NCBI GenBank assembly: GCA_965153285.1
Contig: OZ229112.1
Length of the DNA stretch: 64,000 nt
Strand: one strand, 5' to 3'
Source of the DNA: Podarcis tiliguerta
Taxonomy: Eukaryota
Of this stretch, positions 49,239 to 62,670 are shown piece by piece. Position numbers and translations under genes: made by a program. The first letter of the stretch is position 1; each line of letters starts with the position of its first letter. The notes under the pieces were generated by a model, which was given only the letters and a program-made list of their open reading frames with translations, did no database searches and had not been told where the DNA came from.

Positions 49239-50490
49239 GTAAGGAAAGAATGTGCTTGTTTTCAATTTGGCTTGTAGTTTAAATGGGGTTTTGTTGAGCT
49301 TGTACAATGTTTTTACCTGCTTTAATAAGCCCCCTCCCTCAGTTTTGAATTCTTTCCTGTTGTAAAGAAAGCTGCAATTCTTCTGCCGGATTCTTTCTGG
49401 CAGGTGCATTTTATATACACTTATATTCCCAGTAGTAACAAGAGCATTCCTGCGCAACTTGTGCTCCATAATACCAAATGCAGCTCCTCAACTCAGCCTT
49501 GTATGGTGGCCCACCAAGGACTTTATAAACACTTCACTTTTGCTGCTTTTGCTCTCAGTAAATGGTAAGCATCCCTGGCTGGGTATGCATAGTGGCTATG
49601 AAAGGGTCAGGCCCTTTCTGGCTGCTGCTCCCAGGATTTTGTGGCTAGCAAAGCCAAAGAATAATTTTGATGAGATGCTCTTCGTGTGCCCTTGGGCTTT
49701 TGGAGAAAACCGGTGCCTGGACACACTTGGGCAATGCTTCTAACAGCTGAGAGATGAAACCAGCATTGGACCAGATGTTAATAGCTTTGGACAGGGCCCT
49801 TGTTTCTTATCCCTTACTGGTTGGTTGTAGGTTCATAGGAAGGAGCCTTAACTGAGTGTAATGGAGAGTTAACTGTTATACTTCTGTTCCCGCTATAGGT
49901 GGCCCTGTGTCCAAATGAGGTAGTGAGTCATGCTGTTTTTCTTGTTTGCAATGAAGCTGCTAAGCATCCATTCTGGCTTGGTCTCTTCTCTGAAATAAAC
50001 CGACACTGAGTCAGCCCTTTGTTACATCATCTAGCTCAGTATTGTCTACACTGATTGGCAGTGTCTTGCCATGTGCTTCTCAGCGCCGCCCCCCCCCCCC
50101 CGAGATGGCAGGGATCTGAACCTGGGAGAGTTGCTTTTGAAGTAGGCGTTCCACTACTGAGCTGTGCCATCTCAATCCATCCTCCATGTTCTCTCCATGT
50201 TCTCGCTTGCCCTTTCCATGTGCCAATAACTTCTGAATAAGCTCTCGAAGCAACCTGAAATGGCAATTATATAAACTGAAGCTGAGATAACTTCACAAAA
50301 AATGATGATTTAAAATGCAGATATTTTAATTAACTGTTCTTCTGCTCTGTTCTTTCTCCATCTCCACATGCCCTTCACTATTTCATCGTAATATAAAACA
50401 ATAAGTCTTGATCAGAACGGGATATGTTTGATATTTCCCATATTCTTGTGACTTTTTTATTACCCAGGTGGGTTATTAAATAAGCAACTA

Positions 50491-50855
50491 CAGTGGTGCC
50501 TCGCAAGACGAAAAGAATCCGTTCCGGGAGTCTTTTCGTCTTGCGTTTTTTTCGTCTTGCGAAGCAAGCCCATTGACAGAGTAGTGCTATTAGCGCTATT
50601 GGCTAAAAAAGGGCTAAAAACGGCTTTTTTGGGGGGGGGATTAGCGGTTTTGCTGCTAAAATGCTTTTAGCAGCTTAGCGATTCAGAATAAGGGGTTTTG
50701 GAGCAAAAAAAAAATTCGTTTTTTTTCGTCATTTTTCGTCTTGCGAAGCAAGCCCATAGGGAAATTCGTCCTGCGAAGCGCCTCTGCAGACGGAAAACCC
50801 TTTCGTCTTGCGGGTTTTCCGTCTTGCGAGGCATTCGTCTTGCGGGGCACCACTG
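50491..50855. mobile_element. Tigger-like MITE with internal TTCGTCTTGCG repeats
   Basis: TA|CAGTGGTGCCTCGCAAGACGAA...TTCGTCTTGCGGGGCACCACTG|TA. Confidence 0.88.
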
Positions 50856-50959
50856 TACAACAGGTTTGTTGGTTTTAATGAACATCTAAAGTACCAATAG
50901 CTTCAATTTTGTCATGGATAAAATAGCTCAGGCAAAAGCATGCATCTCCAAGTTGAATA

Positions 50960-51205
50960 CAGTCATGCCTCAGGTTAAAGTCGCTTCAGGTTAAATGTTT
51001 TCAGGTTGCGTCCTGCGGCGACCCAGAAGTAACGGAACAGGTTACTTCCGGGTTTCGACGTTCATGCATGTTCAGACGCTCAGAATGACGTCACGTGTAT
51101 GCGCAGACGCAGCAAATCACAACCCGCGCAGACGCGGGTTGCGTTCTGCTCGTGATGTGAACGGGGCTCCGGAACGGATCCCGTTCGCATCCAGAGGTAC
51201 CACTG
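50960..51205. mobile_element. Tigger-like MITE
   Basis: TA|CAGTCATGCCTCAGG...CCAGAGGTACCACTG|TA; CpG-rich interior. Confidence 0.75.
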
Positions 51206-52004
51206 TAGTGATATAGTTTGTTCACTAGGTGGCAGCACAATGTAGAATAATTACTGGGCCTTTCCTCTCTTTATTTTCAGTTTTTATCAAAAAGTAATGA
51301 TGGTCAGTCCATAAGACAGCAGCACAAAAGACACAGAGATTAAAACATTTCTTAGCTAGCTTGAAACTAGATTCTGCTTTAAAAGTTCCATGCAAAAGTA
51401 GTTGCTTATTTCTCACTTAGGCTGCTTACTTTCCACCCATCTTGTAACATTACAGTAGGCCAGACAAAATAATTTCATAATGTTACTCTGGGACATTTTT
51501 CAGTAATGTGGATCTTGGGACAGATTCTACGCTCTGAGTGCCACTGCAATGATCTCTTTCCCGGGGATTGAATGCATTCATTCAGTGTGTGCAATATGCT
51601 TGAGAGCAATGCTGCATGTCTTGAACCGATCCTGTATTAATCCCTATGAATGCATGAAGCTGCCTTGTATATTAGTCCATCGAGCCCAGCCTTGTCTGCT
51701 CCAGAAGAGTTCTGCTTCCAGAATTCCTTCTAACTGGAGATGTCAGGCTCTAAACATTCACATGCAGAGCATTTGCTCTTGTCACTGATCAGTTGCACTC
51801 CTTGTGTCAGTAGGAACTCCTATACCCTTACAAGTGTCTTCTTCCACCATTGTGTGCCTTCAACGTTGCACTCTACCAGGGCCACTACCTCTTTTTTCAT
51901 CTATCCCTTACAGCTTCTGAGTTTCCAGATGCTCCTGCATCTCTAACCTGTTTGCTTTCCTGTGCCTTGGTGCAACAGGCTCTTTAGACGTGGTTAGGAT
52001 ACAT

Positions 52005-52260
52005 CAATGGTTGACAAACTAAGGCCCGGGGGCTGGATCCAGCCCAATCGCCTTCTCAATCCGGCCCTTGGACAGTCCGGGCATCAGTGTGTTTTTACAT
52101 GAGTAGAATGTGCTCTTTTATTTAAAATGCATCTCTGGGTTATTTGTGGGGCATAGAAATTCATTCATTTCCCCCCCCCCAAAAAAAATATAGTCTGGCC
52201 CCCCACAAGGTCTGAGGGACAGTGGACCAGCCCACTGCTGAAAAAGTTTGCTGACCCCTG
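52005..52260. mobile_element. hAT-type MITE, same family as 61867-62187, opposite orientation
   Basis: Shared internal sequence (tttaaaatgcatctctgggttatttgtgggg); right TIR GCTGACCCCTG; left TIR degenerate. Confidence 0.8.
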
Positions 52261-52430
52261 CTTTAGGCAGTCTTGCCCAGGGATCAGCAAAGGACTGTTG
52301 TTTTGTTTATAGATCAAGAGCTGAGAACCACCAGTATTTTTTTTTAATAAAAAGTCACTGCAATATTGCACAAAGAATAAACAAAATTTGAGTTCCCATG
52401 AAGGTAAGGTTTCTGATTTGTTTTTATTAA

Positions 52431-52580
<150 letters not shown>

Positions 52581-54266
52581 TAAGTATTCATGATTGAGTG
52601 TGCGTTTTTTCAAACAAGATTCCCTGAAACAGTGAATTAAATAACCACAGTACTTGTCTGCATTTTTCTTCAGTCACTGATTTGGGTTAATTCAACTCCT
52701 TTGTGTGGCAGCCTTAAGTTGCAATCCTACCAATGCACTCTTAACTCTGAGAGTAAATCCTATAGAATCCTGATCTTCCAGGCTTCTAAAATGTGCAGGC
52801 AGCCTCCAGGTATACAGCACGTTCCCTGCTTCAGAAGATTGCCTGTCTCTTGTGGAGGGTAATTGGAACAGCAATGGGGGGATGGAAAGGGAGAGCAGAA
52901 CTAAAATGCTCACCTCCCTGTACTAGTGTGTTTAATTAAAATGACTAGAGAATGCCTGAAGAAGGCTTCAGTGGGGCTGACCTCTGCGTAGAAATGCAGA
53001 GGGTTGCAACGTGTAATCTGCTGTTGATATTTTCTGCCTGCTTCCCCTCATCCACCCACCAGCGTTTCTGTAGCACATGATATTTGCTTGTTGAAGGCAT
53101 AGTTAGAGGTACTTGCATAGGTTGACACTTAGGTAATGAGGAAGAGCTCCTGTGGGACACAGAGGTACTATAGACATCATTTTCAAAGTGCATATCAATG
53201 CTTAGATATATTTTTTTGGGGGGGGGGAGCTATACCACTAAGGGATTTATGGATCTTTATAAGATACTCATCTATCCTGTGAGGCTTTTCCTCTTTGGCA
53301 TTCATCTTCATAAAGTCATTAATGTTTAAGCAGTTCCAAGTTAGCAAAGGTCATATAAATGCCAGCTTCTTTATTCAACGAGTATGTAATTAATATATGT
53401 GCAATGGTTCTTTGGGGTTTCAGTTGGGGGGTCTTCCCCAACACTACCTGGGGATGTCCTGAACTGAACTTGGAACTTGAAAAGTGTGTGTTCCACCAGG
53501 GAGCTTTGGCCTTGCCTCATGCATCCTTTCTCAGAGTATCATTTTGCCTTTCCCTCACATTACCAGACAGGGAAGTGCACGAGACACATTTTGTCATGGC
53601 ATTTCTAACATGCCGGCTAGAATGAGCTCCGGTTTTCTGCCTTCCAGTTTTTTGAACTTCACACCTTTTCCAGCCTGGTTGGTGGTTTGTTAAAAATTGT
53701 GTTGTTTTACTTGTTTTTGTTTTTAATGCTTCCAGTTTGTGAATTGCTTTTTGAAAATTAAGATGCAAAAGCCAAAATAGATACAGTATGTGTTTAAATA
53801 AAATTAGAGGAAAGCAAGTTGCAAAGTTGCAGTTCCTCCCAGATTGCACTGCCCTTATGCAAAGTGTATCCACACAAGGGCTTAGAGAGCGGCCACTTGC
53901 CTGCCCACTGTGAATCCCTGTGCTAAAGCCAAGTATGAGGGTGACTTAGCACTTGGGTTTTGTTTCCCTCATAAATACTTCATTGAGAAGTTTGTGCATG
54001 TCTCCTAATCCACTCTGGACAAGTGGATGAATCATGTGCGAAATTCTTTCTGGGGTGTCTTGTTTCAGTATGTTAGGAGTGCCAAAACATTTGAGCTTGT
54101 GCTGAGAATATCTCCCCACCCCATACATGTCTAGTTTTATATAATATATGTGTGTGTGTGAATTGCAAGGGAATGAAAATCCTACCATCGTTCCTGAGTA
54201 CCAGAAAGAAGTTCAAGGCCCTGTGGCATCAGGAACCAGCTGATTTTTTTCTTCTTATTTTCTTAG

Positions 54267-54357
54267 ATATGCTGGCATCCTCCTTGGAATTACAAATTCA
54301 TTTGGCACTATCCCAGGAATGGTGGGACCACTTGTTGCTAAAAGCCTAACTCATAGT
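54267..54357 (+). CDS. SLC17A5: SLC17A5 exon 10 ([30 protein letters not shown])
   Basis: 91 nt, ttag|/|gtaagt. Confidence 0.97.
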
Positions 54358-55703
54358 GTAAGTCATTCTTGGTCTTTTCCCCCCATTTTCTTCTTTTAAA
54401 GGTTAAAGATTTGATTGTCTCGTGTGTCATTATTAGCGATGGGTTTTTTCTTGTTATTTTTAAACAAGACCAAAGAAGATTGTTTTATACTTTCTCTCTC
54501 ATACCATGTTTATTGATATAAAACTGCAGCCATATGCCATGCGGCAGAGAAAATTAATCTCTTTTCTGAGACTCTCTGTACTAATATCAATTTTTATTTT
54601 AATAACCCATATGTTCTCGTCCGTTGCTTTGTGAGCTGTGCCATAGTAACCCTCCCATTCAGCAAAACAAGTTCTTTAGGCCTCTTCAAGCATATATAAA
54701 ACAAAATGAGGACAACCTGGAAAGAAGGAAAGGGCGGGGAGCAAAGCTTCATGGGTCCACTATGTGAATTTAACTGGGACCCCTGAAGAAAAACATCCTA
54801 GCACAGAACAGCTGTCTTTTTAGCTCCATCAGTTTTATTAAGTTTTATTAAGTGGTAGGCACCCTTGAGTCTGACAAACTGGTGTTTCCTCAGGATTTTA
54901 AAATTGGGGTGTGTGTCAGAGTGCAGCTCAAATCTCCTCTGGCAATGGACCTCCTATAAGTTGAGGTTCTCAAGTTTTCATGTATTCACAAGACAGGTTG
55001 TTATACGGAAATGTTATTTAATAGCAAGAGTTGCAAACTTTGAGCAACTTCTCAAAGTTCTTTATACACTTTATTCCACTGCTGGTGGAAACTTGAGTGT
55101 AGTTTATACTAAACTCTTGAATGTAGTTTATACAGATTAAGAGTTACACCCTTAATTGAATCCCATTTAGCATAAGTCATACTGAGCTGAACAAAATATG
55201 CCATGTTTTGAATAAATAATTGTATTGGCTACATAGATCCAGTCTCTAAACAGTGCTCAGGTGGACCAGGAAAGAGCAGAGAGCTCAAGTGTTCTCTTTA
55301 TTTCAAGCCTTAACAGAAGTCTTCTGGTTTCCTCAACCCATAGTTGGCCATGACATCTATACCAATAAACTGTGGCTTGAGCAGTCCTTGCAAACCCAAT
55401 CCTCCAAACCAGGGATGGGGAACCTGAAGTTCTCCATATGTTGTTGGGCTACAGCTTCCATCACCGCTGACTTTTGGCCATGCTAGTTGAGGTCCAGCAA
55501 TATCTGCAAGTCCATGGGTTCCACAACCGTAGGCAAACAATGGGTTTAAAGGATCAGGAATGCAACATCTGAACGCAGCCATATTTTTAATACAAATTAT
55601 CTGCTCCACACATTCTCCTTTTCCTGCCATTCAGTTTATTCCTGATCATGGTTCTGTTACAGTAATGCACTGATTTATCTCCTTATTTCTGCCCCTTTGC
55701 CAG

Positions 55704-55841
55704 AATACTGTGGGAGAATGGCAGACTGTCTTCTATATCGCCGCTGCCATTAACTTATTTGGAGCCATCTTCTTTGCATTATTCAGCAGCGGAGAAGTTC
55801 AAGACTGGGCACTCAATGGCTACCACTTGCATAGGAACTGA
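55704..55841 (+). CDS. SLC17A5: SLC17A5 exon 11 coding part ([20 protein letters not shown]...[16 protein letters not shown])
   Basis: ccag| acceptor; TGA at 55839-55841. Confidence 0.97.
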   Translation, partial: NTVGEWQTVFYIAAAINLFGAIFFALFSSGEVQDWALNGYHLHRN

Positions 55842-56394
55842 AGGAACCCTGGGGTTAATCACCGCCACACATTGCAATCATGTGACATGGAATGCCTTTC
55901 ACATGACGTCTGCAAAGCCTATTGTGACCCTTTCTTGTTGTAGCTGGAAAATATTTCACATTTCAATATGCTCATTCTGTAAGAAGAATGTGGGATCCAG
56001 TCTTACACAATCGATCGGTGTCAGATACCTGTGACACATTCTAATCAGTGTATCAACTTTTTTAAAACGTGCCTGAATTAAATATTAGTTGGAGGAGGTG
56101 TAACACAGAAAAATATGAGATTTTGTTGGTTATGGTAATTTTAGGTAAGGGTTGTTAGAATTATTGCCAATTTTAGCTGTATTTATTTATCTTGTATGAT
56201 TAATCCAAAAAGTAATGGAAATTAAAAACAGGGAATTAATCCTTATGCCCTCTTAAAGTATGTATTTGTGAGCATGTGTCCACTGTGACAGGAATGGAGA
56301 CCCTCTAGCTTTCCACATGTAGCTGGACTACAACTCCCATCTTCCTCCACCATTGTCTGATGGGAGCTGGAGTCCAGCAACATTGGACGGCCTA

Positions 56395-56516
56395 CCTTTC
56401 TGCTCAGGCCTTGCTTTTGAACTTCCCATAGTCATCAGGTTGGCCACTATGAGAACAGGACGCTGGGCCTAGATGGGAAGTAGGCTGAATCCAGTAGGCT
56501 CTTCCTATGTTCCCTG
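56395..56516 (+). mobile_element. CR1 LINE 3'-end fragment in the SLC17A5 3'UTR (related fragments near 5905-5997 -, 41985-42066 +)
   Basis: ggttggccactatgagaacaggacgctgggcctagatgg...ccagtaggctcttcctatgttc, typical of a CR1 terminus. Confidence 0.65.
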
Positions 56517-57830
56517 TGCTGCGTGGTTTCACCAGACCTGTGGAGCACAAACACTGCTACATCATGGAGGAAAATAAGCCCAAAGTCTTTTACTATATGG
56601 AGAAATTCAGCAATGATGTTGATTTTAAGGAACGGTTTCCCTTTCCCCTCCTTTTTTCCTCTCACTGTCCTAGTACTCATTTTGAGCAACAAACCACAGT
56701 TATCCAGGCAGAATAAGACCAAGTGGCAGCAGGATCATACTAAAAGTTGGTTGCAAAAATATGTACCAATGCAATCCTGTGCTTATATACTTGGAAGTCC
56801 CCCTGGGGCTTCAGTGGGACTTATTCCCAGGTAAGTGAGTACAAGATTGCAGCCAAATTGACTATTAGGTTTCTGAATGAATAAACCTGAAGGTTAAACT
56901 AACAGTGTGTCTGCATAGGCTCTCTTCAGGGATTGGGTATGCCCATGTAACTGATTCAGAATCCTACAGCCCTCAGCCAGTCGTTGACGTCTGTCAGTTC
57001 ACATTGCAGATAAGGCCTATGTCAGCTTATTTTGTCACAATGAGATCCAGAATACTAGTAAGGGGTTGGCCCACGTTGCATTGCACCTTCTTTTTCAGAA
57101 GATATCTCCCTAACTTCATATTTGATGCTAGCATACCAAACTGGAAATGGAGGGAATATCTATGCACAGAACCACCTAAGAGATACAAGAAAGAAAAGAG
57201 AGAAGAGAAGAGAAGAGAAAACTTTTTAGAATAGGTTTTGGGATTCTTCTCGTACCCGTGCTGATTTTTTTATTTAAAAAAAAACAAAAAATTATTGAAG
57301 AGCAGCATTTGGGTTTCTCCACTACTGCTGTGGTTTGGAAAGCCACGCCACACCCTGGTCAGAAGACAGCCTCCAGAAGTGGAGCTGAGGTTTCATGTCT
57401 ACACACTAAGCATAAGTGCCATTGAGTCCACTCTGGGACATAATTCTGAAGAGCTTTGCCTTGTACGATGGAAATGTGAACTTCCGTAGCACTGAATGTG
57501 CAGTTGTGCGTGGGAATGACATGGTGGGCTAGGCAGCTGAGGCTTTGGCCTCAATATAGAGTACTAGGACACAACAGGATAAATGGTCCTCTTTTGGATC
57601 ATTCCAGGTGTAAAGCAAGCCAAAGGGGGGACACACTTTGGTGTTCCTTCCACCAACCCAAAGGGAAACCTGATACACCTCCCACACACTGCTCCAGTGG
57701 AGCCCAGCTGACTTCATTTCTGAGAAATGACAGGTTACTTTTGTTAGCCAGTTTTACATACATTTTAATTTGCATTGAAATGTGATAATGACGTCTTGTC
57801 AGCTGTGTTGTATTTTGCAACTTTCAGTGT

Positions 57831-57870
57831 AATAAACAGTGCGGGCATTTTGGTTGGTGTGTTTTGTGTG
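57831..57870 (+). terminator. Probable SLC17A5 polyadenylation signal (AATAAA plus downstream GU-rich tract), giving a 3'UTR of about 2 kb
   Basis: AATAAA at 57831-57836 followed by ttttggttggtgtgttttgtgtg. Alternatives: ATTAAA near 56077, AATAAA at 56880. Confidence 0.55.
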
Positions 57871-59543
57871 CTACCATGCAACTACAGACCCTAACATGAA
57901 GGCTGACATTAGTAATAACGGTAGGTTTTGCTTTTTTGGAAGGGACACCCGTGTTGTAGCACACACTTGACTGGTGACTCTTCGTGTCTGTAATCGCTAT
58001 ATGCTCAGCCTTGTTCTGCTTCTGTATTCAAGACGACCGATGGTGATTCTTCGGGTGCTAGAATTCTAAAGTGAATGTGTGGCTGTTACAACAGACTTTG
58101 CATTGCATGCCACAATTGGCTTTATTGAGCATCTTTCACAATGAACCGAAAGACCAACACAAAGAACTTGCTGCATTCTTGTTTGTGGCAGATCAACAGC
58201 TCATTGTGCAGAATTTGAAAGATCTGGATCTTCAACTCTCTCTGTGGAGACAGAAGATGTGGGCAGTAGCACTAATGGAGAAACTTAACATGTTAAGCAT
58301 TAAATGGTGTTCACAATTCATTTTTCTGTATAGAAGTGTGCTATCCACTCAGAACCTTTTATAATGACAGCAAAGATATCTGACACTTAACATTACACCA
58401 CAGGTGAACCTGTGTATTGTGCTGACATTGTTGCTTGCTTCATTATGCAGGGGAATGGGTTCTTTCAAACTATATTTGAAAATTTATGTAAAATTTTCAT
58501 TTATTTATTTTTTACATTTTAAAAATAAGTGGATAGGTGCCAACCTCTAGACTCGGAGTGGAAATGATGCTGGAAAGGGGGATTTTTAGCACCACCTTTT
58601 AGATAGCTGCTCAGTAGCAAAAAGATACTTGCCATGCATAGAAAAATAAGAGATTTCATATACAGCCTTTAGTCTGACATGCGTTTTTAATAATACTTTT
58701 CTATGGGGGACCATTCAAATATACAGTTTGTCATCCCCCAACCTAAATGCTATCTGCAATCTGAAGTGCTGTTATCCAGTAAACACTTCCCTACTCAATT
58801 CTGACAGCATTTACACATTGGCCCAAGGTGATTCTTGCAACCCAGTCCCAGTGATTTCAAGATCAGGTTATAATCTTAACCATGCTTGCTTGAAAGTACC
58901 TGTACTATGGAATGAATAAACCTTACCACCACCTAAAAGTGACTAGGCTTTAGAATGTAAGGATGAATCCAGATTCTAGGCTGTATCCCACTAAGTCATA
59001 CTGAGAGGAGACCCTTTGAAATCAGTGTATATCATTAACTTACATTCATCCCAATGACTTGTGACTTGGCTACAACCCTAGGTTTCTATGCTTTCACGTT
59101 GCAAGCTAAGGTTAGAAATGGAGGAGGTGGGATGACCATTTTGTTTTACTTGCTAAATTTTTATAACGCCCTTCATCCAAGGATGACAGGGTGGTTTACA
59201 ATATAAAAACAGAAAACTGTGTAACGTAAGTAACAAATGCATGGTATTCTCAGTTGAGCTCAGACAGGTCCCCTCCCTACTGAACTTTCAGTGGCTGCTG
59301 AAGACTTTTATTTCAGCAGACGTTTTAATGGAAGTTTGATTATATGGGTCTGGTACAAACTCTAGTCTGTGGTGCAAGGTTGGTTAGTTACGGTGCCCAT
59401 CTACAGCTTGAATGATCAGGGTAAAGTCCCTGGTCATTGCTCTGTGTGTGTATGTGCAGCCCCTTTGAAACAACACATTCATGCCCAGGTTAGTTTTGCA
59501 CCCCAAATATATATGAGCAGATGCTTCCCCCCCAAAGCTTTTA

Positions 59544-59758
59544 CAGTGGTACCTCGGGTTACATACGCTTCAGGTTACAGACTCCGCTAGCCCAGAAATA
59601 GTACCTCGGGTTAAGAACTTTTTTTCAGGATGAGAACAGAAATCGTGCGGCAGTGGTGGGAGGCCCCATTAGCTAAAGTGGTGCTTCAGGTTAAGAACAG
59701 TTTCAAGTTAAGAATGGATCTCCAGAACAAAGTAAGTACGTAACCAGAGGTACCCCTG
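59544..59758. mobile_element. Tigger-like MITE (inverted relative to the 33469 and 62429 copies)
   Basis: TA|CAGTGGTACCTCGGGTTAC...GAGGTACCCCTG|TA. Confidence 0.88.
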
Positions 59759-61060
59759 TATAGGGTTGAATGACATCTGCTAACTTGCTTTTTCCAACTT
59801 TTGAATTTTGCTATCATAACTTCTGTGATATGAATAGCAACGGTCGTAAAAGAACAGGAAATGCCTTGCTTTCCTTTCCCTGCTGGCATATTCTCCCCAC
59901 CTCTACCCTTTCTTTAAACTAAAGCGTGTTACCTACTGCACCCAGCAGTTTAGGATCTTTCCATGGCACCTGCCAACCAATTTCTCTACTCCTTTTGGTC
60001 CTAAGTCCAGACCATTCTTAAACAAGCTAAGAAGCTTTGTGGTGCTTTGCACTGTGCTGGGGAATCTGTCAAATGCAAGTAAATATCTGATTCTGAGAGA
60101 CAGATGGTAGCAGCTGGGTGTACTGGCATTTAAAACTTCAGATTCCCCACCCTTTCATGAATCATATTGGAGCTGTATTCCTTCAGGAGATTCAGCACAG
60201 ACTTCGATGACTAAGCTACATTCCAGTACCCAGTTTCCTGGGGATAAGCCCCACTGAATTCAAATGGGACTTACTAATAAACAGTCAAGCACTGGATTGC
60301 ACTGTGCGGATGAGCTTTCCATAAAGAGAGAGAGAGAGAGTTTTAATGTGCAAGCCCTCAAATGAGTGAGCGACTGACGATCTTTTTGCTGAGTCATGAA
60401 ACACAGCTATGTAGCTGTCAATTGCTTTGTCTCAATATGCACCAAGCAAGAAAGTTACTCTTCTAAGCGGTTCTGTTCCTGGCAGAGAAGACAAAAGAGG
60501 GGGATTTAAAATGACTAAGCGCACTCTGCTGAGCTCTCGTTCATGCCTCTGGAACAATCGAGAGAGAGCAATATCCGGGCTGCAGACTAAAGGAAACTTT
60601 TTAGTATATCGCCACTGCCCTTCCCTCAATGCAGAATGGGTTTTCTATCTTACGGGGTTATAAATGGAATTCTAAACAATTTCAAAGCATTCAGGACATG
60701 TAAAACAACCAAGGTGAAAAATACCAACAGAACTACTGAGAATCTGACTAAAAATCAAGCATAATGTTTTCTATATAAAGTAATTATTAAAGCAATTTCT
60801 AGCAATTATTATTATCCCCCGCAGTATCCTTAACTATGATCACTGTTGATATATTTCCCTTTCCAAAGTCGTATAATCATACACACACACACACATACGG
60901 ACGTTTTAATATAAAGCCACATAATAATTTTTTGCCTATACATTAAATATCCTTTTTCAGCCAAGAACAATTAGACTTTAATTATTTGTAATATTATATT
61001 TTACCCAAAAAGCATGTAGGGATTTACTGTGTCATCTGCCTTTTCATTCCAATATGCCAT

Positions 61061-61423
61061 TAAAGGTAAAGGAAAAGGTAAAGGGACCCCTGACCATTCG
61101 GTCCAGTCGTGACCGACTCTGGGGTTGCAGCGCTCATCTCGCTTTATTGGCCGAGGGAGCCAGCATACAGCTTCGGGGTCATGTGGCCAGCATGACTAAG
61201 CCGCTTCTGGCAAACCAGAGCAGCGCACAGAGACGCCGTTTACCTTCCCACCGGAGCAGTACCTATTTATCTACTTGCACTTTGACATGCTTTTGAACTG
61301 CTAGGTTGGCAGGAGCAGGGACCAGCAATGAGGGCTCACCCCATCACGGGGATTTGAACTGCCGACCTTCCGATCGGCAAGTCCTAGGCTCTGTGGTTTA
61401 ACCCACAGTGCCACCCGTGTCCC
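61061..61423 (-). mobile_element. Full-length Sauria SINE
   Basis: Reverse complement of the 44554 family; 14-bp TSD TTCCAATATGCCAT at 61047-61060 and 61424-61437. Confidence 0.93.
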
Positions 61424-61866
61424 TTCCAATATGCCATAAACAGCTTCAATTTTCAATAAAACTGTTGTCCCTCTGTCTAGTCTGCCTTGCTGAGTTAAAT
61501 TTCTTCAACACCTCAAATTCTAATCACCAAATTTCCAGTCTAGAGGATTCTTGCTCTTTTCATGCTCATGCCAAAAAAACCCTAATTCATCTCTATTGGT
61601 AAGCAGAGTCCATAACTTTCTTTCTAACACTGACTCAGAAAAGCTCCCAATGTAGTACACAATGTAACATAATAAAACCACCATAAAATACATATTAGTG
61701 CAGCCATGGGCAAATTAGAATTGAGTCCCTGTGCCTTTAGCAGCTGGGTAGACAGGGGAACGTTGTCGAACACATTTTGTGACGCAGGAGCGAGAAAAAG
61801 CTCTCTGTGTGCACTGACAATTCTCTCCTCTTCTTCACAATCAGAGGAAACAGATATTCTCTATAT

Positions 61867-62187
61867 CAGGGGTCAGCAACCTTTTTCAGCCATGGGCCGG
61901 TCCACCATCTCTCAGACCATGTAGTGGGCCGGACTGTATTTGGGGGGCGGGAATGAAGGAATTCCTATGCCCCACAAATAACCCAGAGATGCATTTTAAA
62001 TAAAAGCACACATTGTACTCATGTAAAAACAGCAGGCAGGCACCACAAATAACCTAGAGATGCATTTTTTTAAAAAGGACACATTCTACTCATATAAAAA
62101 CACGCTGATTCCCGAACGGTCCGCGGGCCAGATTGAGAAGGCAATTGGGCTGCGTCTGGCGCACGGACCTTAGGTTGCCTACCCCTG
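61867..62187. mobile_element. hAT-type MITE
   Basis: TIRs CAGGGGTCAGCAACCT...AGGTTGCCTACCCCTG; 8-bp TSD CTCTATAT on both sides; internal tandem duplication. Confidence 0.9.
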
Positions 62188-62428
62188 CTCTATATCATGT
62201 TTGTTGCAAGCTAGCCCATCTGCCTAGCTCTGTTTCGGAGGAAGATGCCCAAAGAGGGGATTTTTGTTTGTTTGTTTCAGGACCTAGAGCAGTGACTTGC
62301 TAAAGGGCACAGACTGAGGCTTGTTGGTGACAAAGAGCTTTCCTTTCCTTAACTTGAACTATTTTTATGTCCCCTTCAGGGGCGGGGGCTGGTAAGGACC
62401 CCGTCCTCATACACAACATTCGCCATTA

Positions 62429-62670
62429 CAGTGGTACCTCGGGTTAAGTACTTAATTCGTTCTGGAGGTCCGTTCTTAACCTGAAACTGTCCTTAACCTG
62501 AAGCACCACTTTAGCTAATGGGGCCTCCTGCTGCTGCTGTGCCGCCGCTGCACGATTTCTGTTCTCATCCTGAAGCAAAGTTCTTAACCTGAAGCACTAT
62601 TTCTGGGTTAGCGGAGTCTGTAACCTGAAGTGTATGTAACCTGATGCGTATGTAACCTGAGGTACCACTG
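62429..62670. mobile_element. Tigger-like MITE
   Basis: TA|CAGTGGTACCTCGGGTTA...TAACCTGAGGTACCACTG|TA; closely similar to 33469-33694. Confidence 0.92.

Noticed and set aside
50505-50850. Recurrent TTCGTCTTGCG units resembling a CRISPR-like or satellite array
   Set aside because: Irregularly spaced subterminal repeats inside a TA-flanked MITE in a eukaryotic intron.
58071-58364. 97-aa ORF downstream of SLC17A5
   Set aside because: Non-ATG start, no recognisable homology and no supporting splice structure.
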